DNA of 64,000 nucleotides from Azolla caroliniana (taxonomy: Eukaryota; Plantae; Polypodiophyta): positions 14,136,001 to 14,200,000 of the forward strand of contig JBHGNT010000020.1 in assembly GCA_043228905.1 (NCBI GenBank), read 5' to 3'. The notes under the pieces were generated by a model. It did no database searches and had not been told where the DNA came from. It was given only the letters and a program-made list of their open reading frames with translations. Made by a program: the position numbers and the translations under genes. Shown here in pieces: positions 23,725 to 34,358 of this stretch; position 1 is the stretch's first letter, and each line of letters starts with the position of its first letter.

Positions 23725-24377
23725 TGTCGCGTTACTACGCGCATGCGTGGAGAAACGAGGCGGGACCACCAGGGTCTTGAACCAAAGAGCAGGTGATAGA
23801 AGGGGAAAGAGAAAGAGAGAGACGCTCGGTTACGTATGAGCAAAGAAACACAAGGACACGGCCCTGTCAACGCAGAAGACACGAACGGACACAGAGACAG
23901 AGAGACACGAATGTTTGTATATTAATGAATGGAAAATTAACAACAGAGCACGCGAGCGGTTACAACCGAACAGGTCGGCGAACAGATGCCGATGCCTGCT
24001 CGTCTGTGCACGAAAGGGGATAGGATGGAGGTGCTGCCGGAAGCACACGGGCATTCCTCGAAGCAGCGCGAGCCTCCCGAAAACCTGCAGAGAAGAGCAA
24101 TATAGAACAAACAGAGGAGAAGCGTTCGGTTACGGTCCGACAACACTTCGTCCTCCTCAATGCGTGATCCCCCCTTTCTCTCCACGTCTCCCTCTCTTTT
24201 ATAGCATCAAGAGGGGAGTTGTTTCCCTCATTAACTTCCTACCTACCGAATCTAACTACCTAGGATATGCCTTTGTACTTAATTCTCTATTATATACATT
24301 AAGGGTGCGCACGTGTGAAGAGCCGGTTCACGCGCGCTATGCACCGATTGCTCTAAGGGACGGTTTTCCTCACGACA
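23725..24377 (-). repeat. E3 5' LTR
   Basis: TGTCG...CGACA, 653 bp, adjacent to PBS. Confidence 0.93.
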
Positions 24378-24539
24378 ACGCGTGTATGCACGAAACGCTT
24401 TGAGTGTATGCATGTGTGCATGGTTGCGTGGACGTTTTCAGACGTACGCGTGCATGAACGTCTTCGGATGTACGCACATGTGCAAGTTTCGGGCGTAAGC
24501 GTGGACATTTCAGACGGACACGTGTGTGCGCACGCGTGC

Positions 24540-25150
24540 ATGCGTGGATGTGTACACTACGGCATGGTCGAGACTTTTGCTCGCGGATGCGTACACAGTG
24601 CGGGTTGGACGCCCGCGCACGTGGATGCGTACACTACAGTGCGGTCAGGATGCGCACATGCGTGGATGTATACACTACTACGCAGTCGGGACTTTTGCGC
24701 GCGGATGCGTCTACGGTTTGGTCGAGACTTTTGCGCGCGGATGCGTACACAGTGCAGGTTGGACGCCCGCGCACGTGGATGCGTACACTACGGCGCGGTC
24801 GGGACGCGCACATGCGTGGATGTATACACTACTACGCAGTCGGGACTTTTGCGCGCGGACGCGTCTACGGTTTGGTCGAGACTTTTGCGCGCGGATGCGT
24901 ACACAGTGCGGGTTGGACACCCGCGCGCGTGGATGCGTACACTACGGCGTGGTCGGGACGCGCGCATGCGTGGATGTATACACTACTACGCAGTCGAGAC
25001 TTTTGCGCGCGGATGCGTACACAGTGCGGGTTGGACGCCCGTGCGCGTGGATGCGTACACTACGGCGTGGTCGGGACGCGCACATGCGTGGATGCATACA
25101 CTACTACGCAGTCGAGACTTTTGCGCGCGGACGCGTCTACGGTTTGGTTG
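24540..25150. repeat. CpG-rich higher-order tandem repeat (154/154/118/118-bp units built from ~36-42-bp subunits)
   Basis: GTCGAGACTTTTGC recurs at 24567, 24721, 24875, 24993, 25111; core GGATGCGTACAC. Confidence 0.92.
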
Positions 25151-25228
25151 CGACGCACATACGGATTGCACACGGGCTAAACTTTATGGATGATTGTGTC
25201 ATTTGGCCGAATTATACGGACGATCGCA

Positions 25229-25352
25229 TGCAACCAAAAGCCAAGGCCATGCAACTAAAAGTAAAAGGCATGCATCTAAAAATGGAAGCATGCAACTAAA
25301 AGCAGAGGCCCTACAACTAAAAATAGAGGCCATCCAACTAAAAGTGGGCATG
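25229..25352. repeat. ~21-bp degenerate tandem repeat, about 6 copies
   Basis: Repeated CAACTAAAA...GGC(C)ATG. Confidence 0.8.
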
Positions 25353-26049
25353 AAAGTAACATTAGGGAGGAGGATCAACGAGGAGCTCGATATATGTCCC
25401 ATTTTTTCCCTCCTAGTTTTTTTTTCCTTCTTTCTTCTTCCCTCTCGGATTCGAGAAACAAATTATCTCACATATTGATATCAAACTCCTAGCTTTATTT
25501 ACTTGATCTTTCTTGTCAAAAATTATCTCTCGTATTCATATCGGACCACTCCTTGCATGGTTGTTGGCTCCTTTCTTTGAAAAACTAATCTCTCATTTCC
25601 ATACCCAACCCATTGTAACACGATTCTGAAATTATAATGAATCGATTTTCTTTTGCAATAAACTAATGATTTGTCTCTCCCACTTGTCTTATGCTTAAAA
25701 CTTGCTTGTGTTATACATGTTGCTCTAAATCCTTCTAGTCCAGAACCCCGGCGGTTCCGTCTCACGATCCGCACATAGTGACGGATTTTCACGACAACGC
25801 TCTTCTATTATGTCAATATTTTTTACACTACGAGCTTTTTGAAATGTCAAGCAATGAAAACGAATCAAGAAAAAGGAATATTGGGGTTAAAAAGTAAGGA
25901 TTGGATGACGAAGAAGAAGAAAAATGAAGAAAAGTGTAGATAACAAGAAGAAAAAGAAAAAGGAACATTTAGCTATTTTATTTACACATTTTAGTATAAG
26001 AGATTTCTTTTTTATTTCCAAAAAAGGTGTTGGATTTAGAGAAAAAAGT

Positions 26050-26611
26050 GTATGGATTGGCGGGGGGTTGGCCGCTTATTGCAATTATGCCAGGTGCAAG
26101 GCTCAATCAAGCGGGGGAATGTATGTTGGTTATCATGGCAAGCCCCAATTGACAACTATGAGCATCAAGAAGAGGGGATGACTTTGGTTATAAAAGCACA
26201 AAAGATTTTTTTTCTCCACCATCGGCAATATCCACTCAACTCTTATTAGTGCCAAATCTCAAGTTGTGTTGGACTTGGTCAACCCAATAACTCTTTGGAT
26301 TCTATGGAAACAACGGTGTAGACGGGTCTTTTCCAACCAAAGCGCGCAACCAATAATGTTAATGCAAGAGATATGGACTGAAGTTGTAGCCACTCTAAAG
26401 AGCCAATATGATGGCCTCAAGGGCGACTCCGATAGAGTTGAAAGACAACCCCTAGCCTTTATCTAGCAATGGTCGTCCTCTCCTTTTCTTGAGGCAGTGA
26501 ACATCCACATAAGATGAACCTATCGTGTCCCTATAGGGATTTGTATATAATAATCTCATCTGTAAAATCTTTATAACTAATGGAAGGAGTATTTTTTTGG
26601 AAAAAAAAAAA
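26050..26611 (+). mobile_element. 5'-truncated LINE (L1-like) 3' end
   Basis: LWILWKQRCRRVF resembles the W-x-I-W-K-x-R-N-x-R-x-F motif at the C-terminus of plant L1 ORF2; A-run at 26601-26611; 5' boundary approximate. Confidence 0.6.
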
Positions 26612-29600
26612 GTTTCTGGATTTTAAATTTTCCTATTGATATTAAAAGCAATACTTATTAGAGACATTGATATTAGAGAACATTAGATAATATATTGTAT
26701 CAATATGGAGTGTGTGAGCCTAAGGGAGTGACCTATGTGACCAAAATGAAATAGTTTCATGTACATGTATGTGAAATTTTGATTACTAACTCTCGATACG
26801 CAAATATTTTACTAATGATTATTAATTACACATTTGCTCATCCAGAGAAGAAGATGGTTTCATATTTCAGTCAAACATTTGTAATATAATTTGTCAAGCG
26901 TGATGTTCCACATCCAATGTTGGGCAAAGTCCCAGGAATAGTGTTAACGTTCCAGTTGAATTGGGACTTTGCCAGCCACCATGAGGGATAGCCAGAATTG
27001 ATTCCAGTGAGGTTTTCCAACTAGCCGGAAAATATGAACAAGCTATTTATATAGATTAGAAAAACTTTATAAAGTTCTTCTTTTAAGTTTTGCCCCCCAT
27101 TTCCCCTTGTTTTTCCCACTGCTTTCCTTCTTCGTGTTGCTCACTACTCCCTCTCTGTTCCTTCTTCGCGTGGCTCGCTGCTCCCTCTATTCCTTTGCGT
27201 TGCTCATTGCTCCCTCTCTGTTCCTTCTCTGCATTGCTCACAGCTCCCTATATGTTCCTTGTTCGCGATGCTTCCTTCTTTGCTGCTCCTTGTGGATCCT
27301 TGCTCATTCGTTGCCCATTGCTCCTCCCTGCTCACTCGATATTCGTTGCTCCTTGTTGTTTCCGACTGATTCCATGACATCTGTTATTCGCTACTCCACT
27401 CTAAAGTATGTATCTTGCCTGGTTTTCTTTCATTGTTTATGAATTCTCTTTTTCTATTTGTTTTTCTCGTTGTTTGAATATGTTCTCTATGCTTTCTTTT
27501 CGGTTCCTGTTGGTCGAATAGTTGCTTTAGTCTTGTTGTTCAAGAACGGCGGCTCTGTTGAGGAAATCAAGGATCAAACTATTATTCCTCAAAGACCTTT
27601 CGCCAATTGATCCAGAATCAATTTGACAAACAAAATAGGCCAATTGTTGATTTGAGCATGTCCTAGATTGATGTTTTTCTATCTAATGTACATTAGAGCC
27701 CACCATTGACTAGCATTAGAGCCTCCATCACAATTGGCTCCACATTAGTATATGTCCTCATTTTCTCTTTGTTTCTCATGTGCGCACATTTATTTTTGAG
27801 TACCAACACTACTATCTTTTTTTTATAGATGATCGCCAAAGCTTATGTTTAGTGCATCTAAATAAAGCTCATTAACCTCCTTGTCATTTTCATGACCATG
27901 AAAAGTTTGTAGCGTGCTAATTTGGCCCAAAGGGGATGTACAAGATAAATGTTCCTTCGAGACCTTATCTTGATATTTGTCACATAAATATTGTTGTTCT
28001 AACCTAGACAAACCAGGTGAGCACCCCATGTAATCTAATAACTTAATTCCTCTTGATGAGACATTATTGGGCTTGGCTAATGGGAACAATTGGTCAAAGG
28101 TATTCATGGATAGGGAGATCATCGCAAAGTATATGCATTGGAGAAGAGGGTTGAATCTTTGTGCTTCTTTTTAGTGGGTAAACATGTAAACGAACTAGGT
28201 GTGTAAAGAGATTTGTTATTCTTCATCATCATCAAGGGGCTATGGTGATAAACAAATTAGATGAATCTAACATATTATTTACTTATTACAACATAAATAG
28301 ATGAATCAACAAATTTGAGATGAGAATCAACATTTATTTCAAACACATGTAATGGAGGATAGGTTGAAAAATGGGAGGGAATTATGTACAACAAACTGTC
28401 CTAGCACAAAAAAACACAAAAAGATGATGAGAATAGACAAGAATAAATCACAAGGAGGCATGTATATTGCATTATGTATACGGCTAAAAAAAAAATCAAC
28501 ATGTTCCGATTGACATTGTCGCTGGTAGGAACGTGGCTGACTGAAATTTTAAAATTCCGGTTAGGTTCATGAGAAGCAGGAAAATTTCCGGTAAGGGCTA
28601 GAGACTTTGCCCAACACTGTCCACATCTCTTCCAAGCCATAATACATTGAATTTGAGGAGATCAATTTGAGAGTCCTTTTAAATCTTAGGCTTCTCATGT
28701 ACTCCACAACCATATCTATGTCCATTCTTTTAATGTGGGATTTTGGTCTCAAAAAGTGGGAGCATGTATGTAGTTGTATCTTGACTTGAAGGAACTTTAT
28801 AAGAACATAATTTTGGGCATTTTCAAACTCTGTCTGATTGGACTTAAACAAGTTATTGCCTATAGAGAGGCATTGAAGATAAAAGTGTTAAAGAAACTAT
28901 TCCTTGAAAACACCAACATGTTCCTCTTCCATTGCATGTATGCTTAAATGCATATCCAAAGTGCACAACGTGAAATATGATGAGTAGACTATATTTAATT
29001 CTCTTTCCTACTTTCAAGTGAAAATTGTTGCATAGATATTTAAAACAAGAAGAAAACAAAGACAAAGAAATATCTTTTTTTCTTCAAACAAGAAAATCAA
29101 ACAGTGAATCCAAATTTTCCTAATTTTTACTAAGAAAAATTCCATCACCTAGGGGGAACCTATTGTTGGGCAAGCTTAACATGCTCTAACTAAAACTAGA
29201 TACATATCCTTGATCATACAACATCACTATAATCTTCATTGATGCAATAATCCATGTTATCACGGTTTCCTTAGGATGGTTGACAAGCTAACTTTTATGT
29301 AACAGAACTTAAAGCGATGTGATAAGCCAACATTTATGTAACCATATGGAAGGGACAGTACGGTACATTGTTAGCTAGAGTCTAGACTCTTTGAACTAAT
29401 TTACCTACACATAAAAGAGACTCAATGATTGACACCAAGATATAAAGAGATGTAAGAAGATGTGGTCTATGAATAAAGCTTTTATGGATAAATGGTGTAA
29501 CATTCCAATGAGATGTAAGTAGACCATGGTCTATCGATAAAGTTTGTAACGATGAGAGAGAGAAAAATAAACGATGAGTACACTCGTGACTCAATCCCAA

Positions 29601-29827
29601 AACATCACAACCACGCAATAATTTCAACTTAATATCAAGTATTCGATGGGTGAGGCAATGGGTAAATAGTCACACTCAAATGGATTAGATGGATTTATTG
29701 TGTTACTATACATCTCTTTTACTTTTAGTACATTGACCTCTTCTTCTTTTTCATCTTTGTGTTGTATGTATTTCTTATCTCCTTTTGTAATTTTATGTGT
29801 AATGTGTGATCTTTCACTTACTAACTA

Positions 29828-30714
29828 CAATAGACATTCGGTTAAGTGCACTCTTTGAACGCAAGGAAGAAGTGCACACTTAACCGAGTTGCGCACTTAG
29901 GGGTTTTCTAAAACATTTTAGGGTTTTCTGAAATATTTTCCTTTTGTGCTCTAATCATACAATTCTTGATAAGGAAGTGATATAATTGACTTGAAACATT
30001 TCTAGTTTCAGCATACCTACTCTTCAGTTTCTTTCTCGATTCTAGATTACCTTTAGTTTTCGCCTTTTTGCTACGTCTTAGGAATACATCCATTATGCAA
30101 CAAAATAAATGAACTTCCTTGGATGCGATGAGTTTTTTTCTTGTGTTTTCTTCCTAGTGGCTTCAGGTTTGAGGAATCGAAGTGAAGATGGAGGAGACAA
30201 GAAAAGAGAGTGGGGGAGCAATGGACAAATCACAAGCTGCAACTCCTGTCATCTTTGAGAATAAACAAGATGCACAGAAAGAGAGAGGGAGGGAAAGAAG
30301 GTTTTCTTTGTGCAGGAAAAGTGCACACACGCACATGGCACAAGCACACACAAAAAGAGAAGGACAAAAGACGGAAGTTTTGTTGCACATGGAGAAGGAG
30401 AACTCGCGTTCACGGCCGATCGGTGCAAAAACTTGACTATTCACAATCATCAAGAATTGTTTGCCCTTCTTTGCTTATGTTCTTTAATCAAGAATCAAAA
30501 TCACAAACTCGTAATCATAAACACACACACACACAGAAACTCCATTTGTTGTTTCTGAATGTTTGGAACATAGTTTCAATTTGGTTTAATGTAATTTCAT
30601 CATGAAACAATGTAAATTTTTTTATCTGGATTTTGACCTTTATATTTTATTTTTTAAACGCACTTATTAGAATGGTGCACTTAAGTGGGCACACACTTAA
30701 CCAAATGTCTAGTG
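29828..30714. mobile_element. Non-autonomous TIR DNA transposon (MITE), Tc1/mariner-like
   Basis: TIRs CAATAGACATTCGGTTAAGTG / CACTTAACCAAATGTCTAGTG (2 mismatches in 21), flanked by TA on both sides; subterminal CACTTA repeats; no transposase. Confidence 0.75.
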
Positions 30715-33700
30715 TATTGGGGTGGGCAATGATAAGCTATGTAGCACCTTGTTTCCTTTCCTTTTTTTATTTTTTGTAAGCTTTTCCTTATTGCAAACAA
30801 CAAAATATTGTGCACCCAATGTAGGATTTCGCTAGCCTTCATATTAACTCATTTACAAATAAAGCATGCTCAGTAAATAGCTTATCATTGAACATAGGAT
30901 CATCATCTCAACTACTTATGAAAATAAAGCTTCTTTATAAGCAATGTTCTGAAAAGAATTTAAAACGCAAACTAACATTGTCATGGCATCTTGTGATAAT
31001 AGAATAAGACGAGATGGCATTCGTTTTTAGTGTGCCAAGGAAGTGACAAATAATTGCACTTCTTGGTGCAAGGCGTGTAGTTGTTGGATTGGTGTGATAA
31101 ACCTTGATGGTACATTTTGTTGCTTGGATGTGACGTTTGGTGATCAGATGTGTGGTGGTGATTGTTGTGAAATGGCTTTTTGTGGTGTTTTGTGCGTAGA
31201 TTAGTTGTCATTGTTATTGATAAAGGGTGAGAGATTAACTCTTGTTGTGTTCTCGTAATGTTTTCTTGTTGGATTTTACTGATAAGTTGATCTAGTGTTC
31301 GAGAAGTTACCGTTGATGAGCGTGCACAAAACCTAACACTAAGCCATATGTATTTATACTAATTACAAATGTGTCCTTTCATGAAGAGGTATCTCTTCAT
31401 GTTTGTGTCTTTTCAAATTGTGCAACTCCCAAAGTTGCATCTTTTATTAATTAATAAATGTTCACGCTTATTATTGTTCACACACCTCTCCACCCCCCTT
31501 TATCGGATCTTTTTTTCCGAAATGTGATATCTTTGTGAATTTGAGTTTGCATGTCATTGTAAACCATTGCTTCCATAGTTGTGATTATGTGCCATTCTAC
31601 TAGATTGGCCCAACCATTAGTTCACAAATATGATTATATGTATGAAGGCTCTCTTGTTTTGTGTAGCAACAAATTAAAACACGGAGGAGAGCAATTGTAA
31701 TTAATATTTAATCTAGAATATATCTCCAAAACTTGGAATATAAGTGTATGTATTTTTCTTCGCAATATTGGGCCCGTATGTGGGAAAATCTTCTTCCGCA
31801 TGAATATGTGCTCATGTTTGAAGAGGTATTTAAGCTTTCCATACATAACACATGTTCGCTTTTTATGTATTCATTCGTGTTTGGGAGTGCCATCTTGAAG
31901 GATAATTGAATGGACATGTATGTTTTATTATGCCCATAGACCATTAAATTATCTTCGTGATACACATTTCTTGAGTGCATGGTTACTATTCATGCTCACC
32001 TTTGAAAAAAATTCTAGCAACTAAATAAATCCTACAACACGAGAGGCATTGCAACTAAGCAAATTCTTTGTCAATTTACTAATGCTTCAAAAGAGAATGT
32101 TATATATTAACAAAATATGACATATGTTTTTGTATTCAAGAGTAGATGTGGTAGATATTCCTTTGTGCTTTGTTAGCTACATGCATATAAAGTCGCTTTA
32201 ATGCTTGGCAAGATGGGCAAACTCGGTTGTTCATTGATTATATGAGAAACACCATTCAAAATTGTTGTTGATATTGTTACCAAATAAAGCAAAAAGTAAG
32301 CATGTGATCAATCATCGATTGTATAGGATTATGCACAATTCTTACAAAAATGTTACAATCATTAAATACTTATTACATCGCACTTGATATCGTCCAATGT
32401 ACGTGAACGTCGTATGTTGTTTCATTCATGTATAAAATTTTTGATGTTGAAACTAAGAGTTCCTTCATGTTCATGGAAATGAATCTTTTGAATTTGTTGG
32501 CTCAAGCATCACAAAACTAATGCATCTTTATAATCATGGATGGATACATGAGTTAATATTCATAAAGAATTTTATTTGTCTATATATGATATGGTGATGA
32601 AAGCTATTATGTGCATTAAGTAATAATTTCAACCTATTTTATAAGAATTTGATAGCTTTGGCCAAGTTTTAATATGAATTTGAGTCTTTGAAGCACTTTT
32701 TCTATGATATTAACTATGTCATACACAATACATTCATATTTCACAATGAGCATGAAACCTCCATTTGGGACCATTCCTTCCATTCTAACTAATAATATTT
32801 GTTTTTTATCTTCATTACTTTTGTAAACTTAAGATAAGGTAGGACATTATATTCCCAAATCAAGTCAACAACTTCTCTTCGAATAAGTTTAGTTTTATGA
32901 TTAGCATATGAACCATATCATGCCAACCAAGTTGCAAGATTGTGCATGATAAGGATGGGGATATTGGGAGTGAGATAGGCATCGATGCGTGCTCTTTTTT
33001 GTTTGACAACAATGGTGAAAACATGGAGAATGAAAAAGGAGGAATATAAAAGGTAGGAAAAGTAACAATGAATTAAATGTACCTTTGGCTTTCACAACCA
33101 ATGATGGCAAAGTTTCAGCAAATGTAAGGCACCAACCTTCTAACACATCACTAAAGAGGGAGGTGATGGCGAATGATTCTAACAAAGCACCACATTGTTA
33201 TAAATTTTTTATCATTCAGTGGTATCTTGAAGCCATTTTCCTTCTTTCTTTGATAGGGGGAGGAACAAATAATCCTTTCTTCCAGTTACGGGGGCTGGCT
33301 GGTTTTTTTTCCACTTCATGGAGAAGGTGTTGTTAAGGTTAGCATTGGAGTGTGCAATGACAACTTGGATAATTTTGGCAAATTTAAGGATATTCGAGGG
33401 GAGGTTGGTGGGTGAATCCTCGGCCTTGTGTAGGTAAACTCTTATAATTAATCAAGCATGGAATTTAATATCAAGCAACATTCAACAATAGTTAGATGTC
33501 AACATGTAAGAGGTTATGCACCTTCCTACTATGTTTCCTTAGTATTGAACATCACAACCTTCTTGTTGGAAAGATGTTGGATATATAGAAATTTCAACAT
33601 ATTTTGTGATGTAAAAAGAAAAGGGATCTCACTTGGCAAATGCTCAAACTTAGCATTGGGTATAGTTCTCTTAGGTAGTTAGGCATGCCAAAGGCACAAT

Positions 33701-34167
33701 GTCCTTATGTAATCACACAAAGCTATGTATTTTTATTTTTGATGAAGCTTGATGATGAGTGTACTAAGTAACCATGCCTTAGTTAATGAACTCAGTTAAA
33801 TCAAAGTATGGCCCATTTAGCTACGTATGAGTAATTGTACGTTTACTGGAGTCAATTAGACGAAAGAGAGGCCGATCAACCTCCTGCAAGTAAATTATGT
33901 GAGGTGGGAGTGACTCAATTGCTCCATTAGTAATGTATGGTTATATTTGTGCACCCTTTTAGCATGTCTTGGGAGCTAGATATTTCTATGAATGCATCGC
34001 ATGCATTGTTAACGATGGCCATGCATGTAAGGCATCTACTCTATACATGCTGTTTCAGTTGAAATTGATGCGATGAACACGTAAGGCATCATGGTGGTTG
34101 GGGTGAGATTGGGATGCGATTCTTCAAATGCATCGTAATGTTCTAGAGCCATTTCATAGGCATTTGA

Positions 34168-34358
34168 TCTATCTATAGAATTAGAGATAGTTCTAACCCG
34201 ATATTTATAGGTCAAGTATGCATCTATCTTAAGTATCTATCTATAGAATTAGACATAGTTCTAAACCGATACTTACAGGTCAAGTATGTTGTATCTATCT
34301 TAAAGTATATGTATGTATAGAATTAGAGATAGTTCTAACCTGATACATACTTATAGTT
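34168..34358. repeat. ~70-bp tandem repeat, about 3 copies
   Basis: TATAGAATTAGA(G/C)ATAGTTCTAA recurs three times. Confidence 0.85.

Larger units (their letters stand above)
2716..24377 (-). mobile_element. E3: oldest GC-rich Ty3/gypsy LTR retrotransposon (body 17381-24377 plus LTR stub 2716-2733), contains E2 and E1
   Basis: 5' LTR 23725-24377 (653 bp, TGTCG...CGACA); 3' LTR = 2716-2733 + 17381-18015 (18+635=653 bp); TSD ACGT 2712-2715 / ACGC 24378-24381; about 30 LTR mismatches by eye. Confidence 0.92.
24382..25796 (+). repeat. Probable right part of E0 3' LTR
   Basis: Resumes the purine-pyrimidine repeat interrupted at 2715; ends CACGACA (inverse of TGTCGTG at 2378) followed by ACGC; partner LTR is outside the window. 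Confidence 0.65.

Noticed and set aside
3470-23839. Many antisense and alternative-frame ORFs (up to 500 aa) over gag/pol and in LTRs
   Set aside because: Expected shadow ORFs of GC-rich coding DNA; no recognisable domains; repeated only because the elements are repeated
2758-24377. Simple tandem duplication or shared-LTR tandem of one element
   Set aside because: Each copy has its own LTR pair and TSD, junction LTRs are truncated with the missing ends at 2716-2757, and the copies differ in age
24408-25299. Three overlapping 218-261-aa ORFs
   Set aside because: Produced by a stop-free tandem repeat whose units are not multiples of three
24382-25796. Independent minus-strand solo LTR instead of the E0 LTR remainder
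   Set aside because: Its end resembles the E1-E3 U3 end, but no matching left TG terminus or TSD was found between 2378 and 2715; not fully excluded without the E0 5' LTR
27090-27442. Cys/Leu-rich ORFs
   Set aside because: Pyrimidine-rich low-complexity sequence with TTGCTC repeats
30900-33400. Possible old hAT transposase remnant on minus strand
   Set aside because: Only a faint TNGWAN (SDGW-like) patch; too decayed to support without a profile search
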